Positions 46,283 through 63,174 of a stretch of 64,000 nt of DNA are shown here, one piece after another. Under the pieces are notes generated by a model, which had not been told where the DNA came from, searched no databases, and saw only the letters and a program-made list of their open reading frames with translations. The position numbers and the translations under genes are program-made. Position 1 is the stretch's first letter, and the number at the start of each line of letters is the position of its first letter. This DNA is from the human T2T-CHM13v2.0 reference genome, Homo sapiens, in assembly GCF_009914755.1 (NCBI RefSeq), contig NC_060931.1; one strand, 5' to 3'.

Positions 46283-48223
46283 ACACTTGGCAATTGATTA
46301 CCATTCACCTTGACATCAGTGAAAGTTTTCCTGGAGATTGGGGTGTGGTTGTCTTTTGCTTTACCCTACTGTGCCTTTGCCCATGTTTGTCTTTCCTTGA
46401 TTCCATGGTTTTCTGTGGAAACTGAGGGAAGCATGAGTTTGTGCCACTGTCTGGTGTCACAGAGGCCTGAGGTCTGAAAAGGTACTCTCGACCTGAGGAG
46501 TTGTCGGGTGATGGGGAGAGCATTCTAGGCAGAAACAACAATATGAAAAAATAGAGAGTTAGGAGCCCAAAGCCACAAATCAGAAATCAAGAGCAAAGAG
46601 AGCTGGAGAAGGTAGGGTGGAGTAAAAACACGTCTAGAAAGATCTAGGGCTCAGTGGGTCAGCACATCTCCTCTGAGGCGTCAGTTCCAGTCAGCTGAGA
46701 ACTGCAGCCTAGTGGGGGCCTCCCGCACATTGGAAAGAGTACCTGGATTAGTCAATGAGGTTTGCCTCCAGGGGCTGGTCCTCTTTAGGAAGACCAGCAG
46801 ACGCAAGGATACCTCATCACAAGCCTAAGTTAAGGGCATAGAGGGCCTGGGATGCCACTAAGAAGTCCGAGGTCTGTCTAAAGGGGCTCATTTCATAACT
46901 GAATGCCAAATACATTCAGTGATCTCAGGGTCCCAGGGCCTGCTCTTGACTAAAAATTAAGCTGAAACACCCTCTATTAAAAGCTGGCCAGAGGAGATGG
47001 TGGGTTGAATGTGGCTCCTGGGCCATGTTTGCCTCTGGAACACCAGTGCAGAGCAGCAGGGACAGGAAGAGCCCCAGGGACTTGCAGACTGGGAGGAGAG
47101 GCTTCCAGCTGCCTCTGAAAGGGAGCTTTGCTCTTTCCAATTTTCTGTTCTTTCTGTGAAAAAGTTTAAGTCCTTCTGGAGCTGGGCTGATGGCATGTGA
47201 GTGTTACCATGTGTCATTCTGTAAGTGCTCTCTGCAAATTCCTAGAGATTCTCCCTCATGCCCCAGGGGAAAAGCAATTTTTATTGTCCCACTGTGATCC
47301 ATGAATCTTATCCCCAGTGTCTATGAATCCTGACTGTTGGACTTCAAACCCTCTGGGCCCTTTCTCAAAGAGCTCCACGGAAAGCAAGCTCCTGATGGCT
47401 GCCCTGACACTTCAGGCTTCCTGAAGTGTCTACTCAAAATAGTCCCTAACCTAAGGGCATGACTTTAGTAATGTAAGTTTTAAGCTTCCGCATGTCAAAT
47501 TCCCCAATCCACCCAAAACAATTTCCTAAGGGCTAGCTTCCTGGGACCCCCACATTCCCCATTTTTCTGCCTAAGCCCACGTCTGGACATGGCTTGGTTC
47601 ATTGCTCACAAACGCTCCTACCCTCTCTCCCCACCACCCCCTCACTTGGGCCATGCATCTGTGTCATCTTCCAGCAGCTCCTGGATCTGACATTCATTGG
47701 CTGTTTAGGTTACTATTCCCTCCATGCCCATGATGCCACTGTGGTTTGTGCTTCTTCATGTGAAGTTAAAGGAGAAGATATCTAAGAACATAACCTTGAG
47801 AGCACTAGCAACCATAGGTGGACTGTGAGGAGAAAGCCAATGAAACATGTTGAGGAGAAATAGGCAGAGAAGCAAGCAGGCAGCTTTGCAGGAGTCAGAG
47901 GAGAGGAACATTGTGAGGAGTGCACGATCTGGGTCAAACACCAGAGGGATGGTGTGGAAGACAAGGACTGAAAAATGTCTACTGGATAATTCTACCAAGC
48001 GGGGCAGCTGGGCACAACCACAGAGGAACTGACTTAAGGGGAAATTGTGCAGCCAGTAGTCAGGTGGAATCCAGATGTCAGTGGGACCTAGTGGAAGGGG
48101 CTTCAATTTTTGAATCGCTCAAGGTTGGCCAGAAGCTGGCTCTGTAATCTTGGACAAATAACAACTTCTCTGAGCCTCAGTTTCTCTTCTATAAAATGGA
48201 CATAAAACACCTTCCTTGCAGAG

Positions 48224-48771
48224 TGTGATGGTTAATACTGAGTGTCAACTTGATTGGATTGAAGGATACAAAGTACTGTTCCTGGGTGTGTCTGTGAGGG
48301 TATTGCCAAAGGAGATTAGCATTTCATTTCAGTGGACTGGGAGAGGCAGACCCACCCTCAATTGGGTGGGCATCATCTAATCAGCTGCCAGTGCAGGTAG
48401 GATAACAGCAGGCAGACAAACGTGGAAGGACTTGACTGGCTGAGTCTTCCCGCCTCCATCTTTCTTCCGAGCTGGATGCTTCCTGCCCTCAAACACTGGA
48501 CTCCAAGTTCTTCAGCTTTTGGACTCTTGGGCTTACACCAGTAGTTTGCCAGGTGCTCCCGGGCCTTCAGCCACAGACTGAAGACTGCATTGTTGGCTTC
48601 CCTACTTTTGAGGTTTGGGGACTCAGACTGGCTTCCTTGTTCCTTAGCTTGCAGACAGCCTATTGTGGGACTTCACCTTGTGATCGTGTGAGTCAATATT
48701 CCTTAATAAACTTCCCTTCATATATAGGTCTATCCTATCAGTGCTGTCCCTCTAGAGAACCCTGACTAACA
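48224..48771 (+). mobile_element. MLT2A2 (HERV-L) solo LTR inserted into a MIR
   Basis: TGTGATGGTTAATACTGAGTGTCAACTTGATTGGATTGAAGG...CCCTCTAGAGAACCCTGACTAA; ~550 bp length favours A2. Confidence 0.9.
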
Positions 48772-48989
48772 TAGAAGAGTTGTGAAAATGACCGTTGGTC
48801 TGCCCTCACCCTTTCCCTCTTGTCCTTTAACCGCATGCGCTCAGTGTTACCTTCCGTGGCACCTGCTCACCGTCATCCCGTGGTGACTCGTGTGGGTAAC
48901 TTCATCAGAGAAGACCCTGCCTGTCACCTCAGGTACAGCCCACGAAGTAAGGTGGCTGCAAGCGCAGATCCTGCACCTGCCCAAGGTGA

Positions 48990-50440
48990 AACAAATCAGC
49001 TCCCGGAGCCTGAGGTGCAAAGGGCAGGAAGCTCCCTGCGCACCCCTGCGGCCCCAGCGCGGCTCTCCCAGTCCCGCTGCCTCCCACTCCGAGCCCCTGC
49101 CGTCTGGGACCCGCTCCACCTCCCGCTCCCGGGCCCTCGGGGCATCCTGTCTCCATTCGCAGCCCAGTGCCCTCCACTCCCACGGCCTCGGGTACAGCTT
49201 CCACAGGGAAATCACCCACATCTGTGTCTCTCGCCTCGTTCCCAGTCCTGAGGCCGACGCATGGCCACTGAGCACACAGATCCAGCACAGCGTCCCTCGC
49301 CTTTCCCGCGCCCCGGGCAGAGGATGAGCACCAGGCCAGCCCTGCAGCTCACGCCGGCAGCCCTGGGCTGGCTCCGCACCCGCGCCTCGGGCTTCCACGG
49401 TGGACCCAGGAGACACCCTCTCGCCCAGCCCAGCTTCCCTGCGGGACTGAGAGGGAGAAGGGAGGAGTCGGGGAGCGAAGGCGGAGGCAGAGCTGGGCTG
49501 CGGGAGGAGGCGCGACGGCGGCACCGGCGGGATGGAGCAGCGGGATCCCGCGGTGACCGGGCGGATGGAGTGGCCGAGAGCGCCCCCTGCCGGCCAAGGG
49601 TCCCCCCTCACACACTCCCGGTGTGGCCGGGAAGGCGGGAGCCGGGTTCCCTGCCGGGAAGGCGGGAGCCGGGTTCCCTGCCGGTGGAGCCGGCGGCTCA
49701 GCCGGGCCCCGCACGCACCGGCCCCGCAGGGCCAGGTCCCCGCCTCCAGGCCCACCTTCGGCGCTCGCAAACGTCCGGGTGGCTGCGGCCTGGCCACCAT
49801 CCAGGCCTCGCCCACCGGCAGTTGCCCGGGTCCACACAGGGACAAGCTCGGTCTCCGCCGCGTCCCGCCTGAGCCTCGCCCGCGCCCAGGGGACTCCACG
49901 CTGCACAGGGAGAGGGCCGCTCCGTGTGACAATGCAAGAAGGGCGAGCTCTCTTTTCCACCTGTCTCATCTCAGTGTGAACGGCGCCCTGGAAAACAGAA
50001 CTGTTCAGGGACTTCTGAGGAGCTCGGCCAACGCTCTTGCCTCCCTACATTTTCCCGAAATCTGCCTTTCAAACAGGCTTCCTCTTGTCACAGACGAACC
50101 CATCTCCACGTTAGAGTGCATCGTGGCGTTTCCTATTTTCATAAAAGCCAGCGCCCTGGAATTGTCAGTCTGTTCTTACACTGTGAGTGTAACGGCCCTC
50201 TGTTAAATCTCAGCAAACCCTCGCGCGCCAGAGAGGCCAGCCCCAGAGCCCGCGCCCTGGAACGCGGCGGACCGCGGGTGCCCTCTGCGGGTGGCGCGTG
50301 GCCTGCGCAGCGATCAGGTCCTCAAGTCCCGAAGCCCCAGTGCCAGCCTCCGAAAAGCTGGCCCGGCAGGAAGGAGCCCAGTTCCTGCCCACTGCCTTCC
50401 GACGTCCTGTAAGTGGACCCCGCTTCCCGGGCCTCAGTGG
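48990..50440. promoter_or_regulatory. CpG island, probable ELDR promoter and first exon
   Basis: Very GC- and CpG-rich non-repeat stretch with GC boxes and CTCF-like motifs. Confidence 0.9.
49626..49684. repeat. 27-bp perfect tandem duplication
   Basis: GCCGGGAAGGCGGGAGCCGGGTTCCCT x2 followed by GCCGG. Confidence 0.95.
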
Positions 50441-52269
50441 TCTGGTCTGGAATGAAGAGTCTGAGCCAGGTGGTCCCAAGCGCTGCCGGGCTCCCACATT
50501 TTCTGACAATGAGGTAATCAGTCACGTGCACTTGCCAAGGTTTGGGCACCAGACTCTTTGACACCTGGTGTAGACTCAGCAAAATCCCATGAGCCACTAT
50601 GCCCTTCAGATCAATGGACTATCACCTACTTCATTCGGACTTTTCGACCTCAGGTGAGACTGGAGAGAAACCTGGGACAGAGGAGACAGCTGGCTGAGAT
50701 TCCCGTTCCTGCGTCTGAAGGCTGGAGGGTATGGAGAGTCCCTAGACAGTGGCACTCACGCCTGCTGCGCCCTGTGCTGCAGGTTGTACGCGATATAAAA
50801 CATGACACTGACTGCCCGTGAGGATCTTGACAAGTTGTTTTGAAGATGGCATTTTGCTAAGTCCCTGAGGGTCACTGGTCCTCAAAGCGGCATGGCGGCA
50901 TGGCGTGGCTGGTTCTGCCACATGCCAGCTGTGTGACCTCTGAGACTCCACTTCTTCAGTGCTGAAAATAAAGAAGGAGTTTTACTAAGGACCAAACAAG
51001 ATAATGAATGTGAAACTGCTCCACGAACCCCAAAGAATTATGCACATAGATGCGATCATTAAGATGCGAAGCCATCGAGTTACCACCTGGCATGCTTAAA
51101 CTGTAAAGAGTGGGTCAAAGTAAACTGAATTGGAAAATCCAAAGTTATGCAGAAAAACAATAAAGAGGTCTTACGTAGCAATACCGAACTTATGTCAGGC
51201 ACTATTTCTCAAAACACAACTCCACTGAGATGCTCCAAGGAAAGAAAGGATTTTGTGGGCAAAAGCTTGATGCCCCTCTAGGGCACTCACAATGCTCGTC
51301 AGCACACAGAGCTACAAATAGTTCAGATTTTGCCACCCAATTTGTTGCCAAAAACATTCAATTTCCAGATCTGCTTTGGATTTCAGAATTGCAGATTCAA
51401 AACATTGTAAACCCTGGATTAAAACCCATTAAAAGTTTCCTGTCTGAGTTGCTCCTATGTCTCTCGTCTCTTCAGAAGAATTTATCTTTTTCTTTTTGAC
51501 AATCATTCTTTCATAAGAATTGGTCTTTCAACCTACTTTTAGTTCACCTAGTTGTTGGAAATTTAGTAGAAAAAATAACCTTGCCTTTTAGGGTTGATTT
51601 AGGTTAAAATGTCTAAGGTATATAAAGTGCTTATCATGTAACAAGGCACACGAGGGTTTATTACGTGTGATACACCTGTGGTGGAAGGGGTTTCTTGTGG
51701 CCTCAGGTCATGCAGGAGGGATTCCACCCCACAACTGCTCCAAAAAAAGCACCCATGCCACCACCTCACACCAATATTCTGAACCCCACGATAGTGACCT
51801 AACAAGTGTAAATAATAGTGAAAATCACAGGACAGACTAGTTGAACTCAGGACTGACCTAGAACATATGATATGCCAGATGACATGAGAGATGTAGATAG
51901 ACGACATGAGAAAATGAGATCAATTGTCTAATAGTTGATTGATCCTTCAATGCCAGATTTTTATCTGCCATATAATTCTTACTGATTATATAGGCTGAAA
52001 GGCAGAGGAGGGATGATGATTCTATCCAATGAATATGGAGAATGGCTCCAAATTTTAACTCTCTAAAACATCACCATGTGCTGTGTCTTTTCCTACAAAT
52101 CAGGATCTTTTTTCAACCAGTACATACCTCCTTGACCTGACAACACTTAATATAGGCAAAAAAAAAAAAAAAAAAACTGTTCCCAAGTTGAGTATAATCA
52201 TATCTGTAATTATATCCATAATCACAAGGATAACCACTGTTCCCAAATTAGGTATAGTCATGTAATAGC

Positions 52270-55005
<2,736 letters not shown>

Positions 55006-58000
55006 ACAGGACTTTTTAATATAAGCAATAGCAAGTCACGACTACAGACGACTAAAATCCAGGCCGGGCTATACCCACAAAATTGTGTCTCTCTGTGGAA
55101 TGTGGACCCTGGAAAAATGAAAGAGGGGAAAAACTGAAGATGTTTCATTAAGGCACTAAAACTTTATGTTTACATGGCTAACAGAAATGAATACAATAAC
55201 ACAAAGAAGGTGAACCAGATTATCAAAGTTTTTGCCTCTTGATTGCTATTTCCTTTGATTTGAGGGGAGAGGGATTGATAGAGAGGACTAATCCCATTCC
55301 ATCTACATTTGGATAAATCATCTACTCCTTAAATAGCATTACTGTAAGTAAAAATATTCAAAAGGTCAGTCAGTCTCCCAAGCAAGATGGCGGAATAGGA
55401 TTTTCCATAGCCGTGCCTTCTCAGAAACATCCATTTGAACAACTATTCATGCGTGAAAATACCTTCATAAGAGCAAAGGAATCCAAGGGAGACATTTCAG
55501 CACCTGGGTGCAGCAGAGAAATAGAAAAGAGGGCAGGAAGGACAGTTTCAGATGACACACATCACTCCTCCCCCAAGCCCAGGCAGTGCAGCCTGGAAAG
55601 AGACCCTCCATGTGGGGAAGGGAGAGTGAAGTGAGCCCCCAATTTTGCTGTGGACCTTAGCAGTAAAACCTGGTGCCTAGTCAGACCCCAAAGTCCAAGG
55701 CTCCAGGCTAACTCTGCAAATTCAGGCTCCAGGCCCACCTCAGATTCTGGACTGGCCCCAGCACCAGACCTACTCCCATGGTCCCAGACTTCAGGAATGC
55801 CCCAGTGATCAGCTCCTCTAGTGCAAGACCCCAAGTCCCCCCCACCATGACCCTAGGCTCCATGTCTTCTCCAACACCAGGTGAGCCCCTCAGTGGGAAG
55901 GAAACTTCAGATGTAGCCCTCAGGCTACACACTCCAGTGGACTCAAGATCCAGGCCCTCCCCTATAAACCCTAACACCAGACCAGTCACTGTAGACTCGG
56001 GTTTCAGGACCACCCCCATGGAACTAGGCTCCAGGCTGGCCCCAATGGACCCAGGCTCCAGGACCATGCCTAAGGATGCAGTCTCCTGGCCCATCTCCAT
56101 GGTTTCCCACACCAGACCTGCCCCCAGGGGCCAGATGCCAGGTTCCCCCAAGTTCACCCTAGTGTGAGGCCAGCCCCCACAGATTCAGGACCAGGTTAAT
56201 CTCCATGGACACAGACACCAGGTCTCCCAGCACCAAGTCATCCCCTTGCAGACTCATGCTTAATTTCCACTCCAGTACCAGATCTTCTCCTGTGGACCCA
56301 GGGTTCCAGCCAGGCCCTGCAGACATGGGTTCCAAGTCTGGTCCTGAAAACCGAGTCAAAAGGCCTACTGTAGTGGACCCTGGCACTAGGCAAGTCCCCT
56401 GTAAATCCAAGAAACAGGCTCACCCACCTGATGACCCAAAACCAGGCCAAACTGCCTGAAGACTCCAGCAACAATCCTATCCACAGATCCCCACAAGGTG
56501 GCCCACCCAAAATCTCTAGATGTGCTGACTGGTGAATGGTTTTCACTGTCAAAGCCAGGATGTAAAAACTAGAAGAAGTACCTACTTCTTCAAATGCACA
56601 GACACCAATGCAAGGCAAATATCACAAGTAATCAGGGAAACATGACACCACCAAAGGAAAAAAATAAAGTAACTGACTCTAAAGATATGGAGATATACTA
56701 ACTGCCTGACAAAAATCTCAAAATAATCATGTTAAAGAAGCTGAGTGAGCTATGGAGAACACAAATTAACAACTAAACCAAATCAGGAAAACAGTACATG
56801 GACATAATTATAAGTTAAATAAAGAGATAGAAACCATTTTAAAAAACTGAAATTCTAGACCTAAAGAACACAAAGACTGAACTAAAAACAAGTAACAAAA
56901 TGACAATAATAACTCCATACCTAATCAATAATTATTTTAAAGGTAAATGAATTAAAATCTCTAATTAAAAGATGTGGAATACCGAATGAGTAAAAAAAAA
57001 AAAAAAAAAAAAACAAGATCTAACAATATACTGCCTATAAGAGATTTTGGTTTAGCTTTAAAAACACACAGAGGTGAAAAGTAAAAAAATGGAAAAAGAT
57101 ATTACATGCAAAAGGTGACCAAAAGAGAGTAGAGTGGCTATATTTAGACAAAATATACTTTAAGTTCAAAACTGTCATAAGAGACAAAGAAGTTTCTCAT
57201 ATAATGATAAAGTCATCGATTTATTAAGATACTATAACAATTATAAATCTGCACCCAACATTGGACCACCTGAGTATATAAAGCAAATATTAATAGAACT
57301 GCAGGAATAAATACCCAGTAATACAATAATAGTAAAAGACTTCAACAACTCACTTTCAACAATGGACAGACCATTCAGACAGAAAATCAATAAGGAAACA
57401 CTTGACTTGAACAACACCATGGACCAAATAAATCTAACCAACATACACAAGCATTCTATCCAACAACAGCAAAATATACATTTTTTTCAGGTGTACATGT
57501 AACATTCTCCAGTAAAGATTGTATGTCAGGCCACAAAACAAGTCTTAACAAATTTAAGAAGACAGAAATCATATTAAGTATCTTTTCTGACCATAATGGT
57601 ATGAGAGTAAAAATCAAGAACAAATGGAAAACCAGAACATTCATTAATAGATGGAAATTAAACACACCCCTGAACAATCAATGGGTCAAATACAAAATTT
57701 AAAGGGAAATTAAAAATATTTTGAGACAAAGGAAAATGAAAACACAACATAACCAAAATTTATGGGACGCAGCAAAAAACAGTTCTAAGACAGATGTTTG
57801 TAGCAATGAATGTCTACATCAGAAAAGAAAAATCTCAAATAAACAACCTAAGGTTGCATCCCAAGAAACTAGGAAAAGAAGAAAAAACTAAGTCCAAACT
57901 TGGCAGAAGGAAAAAATAACAAAGATCAGAACAGAAATTAGTGAAATAAAGACTAGAACAACAATAGAAAAGATCAATTAAAATAAGAGTTACTTTTTTG

Positions 58001-58701
58001 AAAACATAAAATTGACAAACCCTTAGGCTAACTAAGAAAAAAGAGAAAAGACTCAAATAAATAAAATTATAAATGAGAAAGGAGACATTACAATGCATAC
58101 CACAGAAATAAAAAAGATTGTAAGAGACTGCTATTAAAAACTGTACTTCAACAAATTGGATAACTTAGAAGAAATGGACCCACTGCTAGAAATGTAACAG
58201 CCTACCAAGACTAAATCATGAAGAAACAGAGAAATCTTAACAGACTAATGATAAGTCAGAAAATTGAATCAGTAATCAAAACCCTTCCATCAAAGAAAAG
58301 CCCTAAACCAGATGGCTTCATGGGTGAATTATACCAAACAGTTAAAGAAAAATTAACACCAATCCTTCTCCAACTATTCCAAAAAAACCGAAGAAGACAG
58401 AATACATCTAAACTAATTTTACAAGCCCAGCATTACCCCAATACCAAGGCCACCCAAGGACACTATAAGAAAAGAAAATTACAGGCCAATATTCCTGATG
58501 AACATAGATGCAAAAACCCTCAACAAAATGCTAGCAAACAGAATTTTATAGTACACACATGTACCATGATCAAGTGAGTTTCACCCCAGGGATGCAAAGA
58601 TGGTTCAACATACACAGATCAATAAATGTCACACACCACATTAATAGAATAAGGGATAAAAAGTACATGATTATCTCTATAGATACAGAGAAAATATTTG
58701 A

Positions 58702-59002
<301 letters not shown>

Positions 59003-59872
59003 TCAATATCTTTTCATGATAAAAAATGCTCAGCAAATTAGATATAGAAGGAACGCATCTCAATATAATAAAAACCATATATGGGAAACCCACAACTAAC
59101 ATCATACTCAAGGGTGAAAAGCTGAAAGCTTTTTCTCTTAGATCAGGAGCAAACAAGGAAACCCACTCTCACCACTTCTGTTCCATATAGCACTGGATGT
59201 CCTAGCCAGAATAATTAGGCTAAATAAATGAATAAATAAAAGGCATTCAAATCAGAAATGAAGGAGTAAAATTTTCTCCATTTGATGTCATGATCTTATA
59301 TACAGAAAATCCTAACTACTCCACCAAAAAAAATTGTTAGAACTAATAAACAAGTTCAGTAAAGTTACAGGATACAAAATCAACATACAAAATTTAGTAA
59401 GGTTTCTAATACCAATCACAAACTGTCTAAAAAGAAAGCAAGAAAAAAAATCCCATTTACAATAGCTACCAAAAAATAAAATACTTAAGAAAAATTTCAC
59501 CAAGGAAGGAGGTGAAAGAGCTGTACACTAAAGACTATAAAACACTGGTGAGAGAAATGAAAGAAAACACAAATCAGTGGGGAGGTATTTCATGTTCATG
59601 AATTGTTAGAATTAGCATTGTCAAAATGTAGTATCCAAGGTGATTTACAATACAATTCCTATCAAAATTCAAATTGCATTTTTCAAAGAAATAGATAATC
59701 CTAAAATTTGCATGGAGCTAAATAAAAGATAATAAAAGATGCTAAATAGCCAAAATAATCTTGAGCAAAAATAACAGAGCTAGAAACATATACCTGATTT
59801 CAAAATATACTACAAAGCTTTGGAAATCGAAACAACATGATGGTCACTTAAAAACAGAGATATAGACTAATT

Positions 59873-60195
59873 GGCCAGGCAAGGTGGCCCACACCTGTAA
59901 TCCCAGCACTTTGGAAGGCCGAGGCGGGTGGATCGCTTGAGGTCAGGAGTTTGAGACCAGCCTGGCCAACATAGCAAAACCCCGCCTTTACTAAAAATAC
60001 AAAAATTAGCCAGGCTGTGGCAGGCGCCTGTAATCCCAGCTACCTGGGAGGCTGAGGCAGGAGAATCGCTTGAACCTGTTGCAGTTCAACAGGTTGTTGC
60101 AGTGAGCAGAGATGCACTCCAGTGACGCACTGCACTCCAGCCTGGGCAACAGAGCAAGACTCCGTCTCAAAACAAAAGGAAAAAAAAGAAAGAAA
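59873..60195 (+). mobile_element. AluS (Sz-like) inside L1, right arm locally rearranged
   Basis: Dimeric Alu with non-consensus sequence at 60073-60130. Confidence 0.9.
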
Positions 60196-61152
60196 TACAG
60201 ACCAATGGAACAGAGCAGAGAGTCCAGAAGAAAATCCATGCATTCACAGCTGATTGATCTTCAACAAATGTGTCCAGAACACACAATGGGAAAAGAACTG
60301 TCTCTTCAATAAATGCTGTTGGGAAAACTGGATGTCCACATGCAGAAGAATGAAATTAGACCCTTATGTCACACCAAATACAAAAATAAACTCAAAATGA
60401 ATTAAAGTCTTAAATGCAATACTTGAAACTGTAAAAGTCTTAGAAGAAAACATAGGAAAAAGCTTCTTGACATCAGTCTGGACAATGACTTTTTTGATAT
60501 GATGGCAAAAGCACAAGCAACAAAAGCAAACATAGACAAATGGGATTGCATCCAACTAAAAAGCTTCCGCATAGCAAAGGAAACAAACAACAGAGCGAAG
60601 AGACAACCTGTGAAATGGGAGGAAAATATTTGCAAACCATACAGCTGATAAGGGGTTAACATCCAAAATATACAAGGAACACAAATCAATAGCAAGAAAA
60701 CACGTAACCTGATCTAAAAACAAGCAAAGGATCTGAACAGACTTTTCTCAAAAGAAGCCATTAGGCGTGTTTACCCATTGGCTCAGAAATCTGCCTTGGA
60801 CTAGAATAAAAGAACTGCAGGAAAATAATTGAGAAAAATACTGTTTATCTTTACGTACAGATTTTCTCCATGATTTTGTTTTTATGTAAGCAAGTTGTAT
60901 AACCTTGTGAAAATTACTTGACCTCTGTTGGCTTTTGTTTCTTTATCTGAGAAAGTAAGAAGCTGAAGAAGATGATTCAGAGTCTGAAGGCTGCTTTCCA
61001 ATCCCAGTTTCCCATGGGTCACACCAGGGTGTGTGCAAGGCCCTTTACCTCCCTGAAGGGACCACTGTCATCATAGCCATGCAGATACTGACAACCTCGA
61101 ATATTTGAATCAAATGAGATGAATGTAAACATCCTTTAAAAATTGAAAGGCA

Positions 61153-61447
<295 letters not shown>

Positions 61448-61883
61448 ATTGAAAGGCAATGTACAAATGATGTCAGCTTCACCTGACTCTACAAAGTCCC
61501 TTCCAGGCAGAATTTCTTCATTCATTCAGGAAGTATTTTGAGTGTCTATGGTGTGCCATGAACTATGCTAGGCCATGTTGCTGTAATCATCAGAACAAAA
61601 ACAACCCTGCCCTCGTAGTGCTTGTGCGGCAGTGGAGGAGAAATACATTAAATAACTGCACAATTATTTTTGTGATCCTCTGACACAGTCACTTTTCTTC
61701 GGTGTTCTTCCTTCCTCTAACACCATGTGGCCGCCTTCGCAGCAGTTTTGGAGGACGGAGAGAGAGCCCTCACCTCCCCACCCACCCCAGTGGAAGAGCT
61801 TCCTCCTCAGCAGCGGGCAGGAGTCCTTCAGCACTGACGTTGTGTAGAATTTCTAGTCCATGGTGATAATAAAAAGTGCGTGT

Positions 61884-62332
61884 TGTGAAAGGAAAATATC
61901 TTGGGCCCCCAAAATCACTAAGCTAAATGGAAAAGTCAAGCCGGAAATTGCTCAGGGCCAAACTGCCTCCCATTCTATTCAAAGTCACCTTTCCACTCAC
62001 TGAGATAAATGTGTATCTGATTGCCTCCTTTGGAAAGGCTGATCAGAAACTCAAAAGAAGGCAACCATTTGTCTCTTATCTACCTATGACCTGTAAGCCC
62101 CCTCCCCACTTCAAGTTGTCCCGCCTTTCCAGACTGAATCAATGTTCATTTTACATATGCTGATTGATGTCTCATGTCTCCCTAAAATCTATAAAACCAA
62201 ACTGTGCTCTGACCACCTTGGGCACATGTCGTCAGGACCTCCTGAGGCTGTGTCACAGATGTGTGTCTGCAATCTTGGCAAAATAAACTTTCTAAATTAA
62301 CTGAGACCTGTCTCAGATTTTGGGGATCCACA
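61884..62332 (+). mobile_element. MER4A1 solo LTR (ERV1)
   Basis: TGTGAAAGGAAAATATCTTGGGCCCCCAAAATCACTAAGCTAAA...AAATAAACTTTCTAAATTAACTGAGACCTGTCTCAG...CACA; 4-bp TSD GTGT/ATGT. Confidence 0.88.
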
Positions 62333-62785
62333 ATGTGCTTTAGTCAATTTTATTATCGTCCGTAAACTCTCCTGAATTTACTCCAGGATGGATCACGTCC
62401 ACGTGCACACAGACCTCCCGATCACTCTCTCCAGGCTGGGTCCACAGTTTCTCATCTCCATTAGGACAGTGTCCCTTTGTGTTGGACAAGCTGCCAGTGC
62501 TTGAAAAGCCTGACTCCACTCCAGTCCTAACCTTCTGATGGAAAATGCCTGTTGCCTCCTGGCTGTCTTTGAAAGGGGCCGTGTCAAATTTAGAAGCCAA
62601 AGACTTTCAATTATTGAGAGGCTCACACCCTCTCACCCCATTTAAGTATTTCGGCAGAGGTAGGCCCCTGGCTTCTTATGCCTGTCAAGTAAAATAAGAA
62701 GTATTAGTGCTTCTAAAACTAACTAAACTTAGGCAACATGTAGGCTATAACCTCTGTGGTTGACAGACAAATAACCAGCCAAGGA

Positions 62786-63172
62786 TGTCGTAGTAGTTTG
62801 GTAAGGCCACCGTAACACAGACTGTAACACAGAAAATACCACAGACTGGGCAGCTTAAACAACAGAAATTCTTTTTTTTCACAATTCTGGAGGCTGGAAG
62901 TTCGAGTCAAGGTGTGGGCAGGTTGGTTTCCTCTGAGACCTGCCAAGATGCTTGTCTTCTCTGTGTCTTCACAGTCTCTTCTCTATACGTGTCCTTGTTC
63001 AAATTTTCTCTTATATGGATGCTGGTCAGGTTGGATTAGGGCCCGCTCTACTGACCTCATAGCTTAATTGCCTAGTTAAAGGCCCCATCTCACAGTACCA
63101 TCACATTCTGAGGTTCTGGGGGTTAGGACTTTAAACATGAAAAGGGGGGGTGGGTCACAGTTCAGCCTATTA
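62786..63172. mobile_element. MLT1(A/C) solo LTR
   Basis: cagcttaaacaacagaaatt...ttctggaggctggaagttcgag...cacattctgaggttctgggggttaggac. Confidence 0.85.
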
Positions 63173-63174
63173 CC

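Noticed and set aside
48847-49932. 361-aa minus-strand ORF and other 200-aa ORFs over the CpG island
   Set aside because: Starts at TTG, has low-complexity G/R/P/A composition and no domain; long ORFs in all frames are expected from stop-codon scarcity in GC-rich DNA
55690-56460. Degenerate GC-rich repeats with 125-150 aa ORFs on both strands
   Set aside because: Tandem-repeat portion of the L1M 5'UTR
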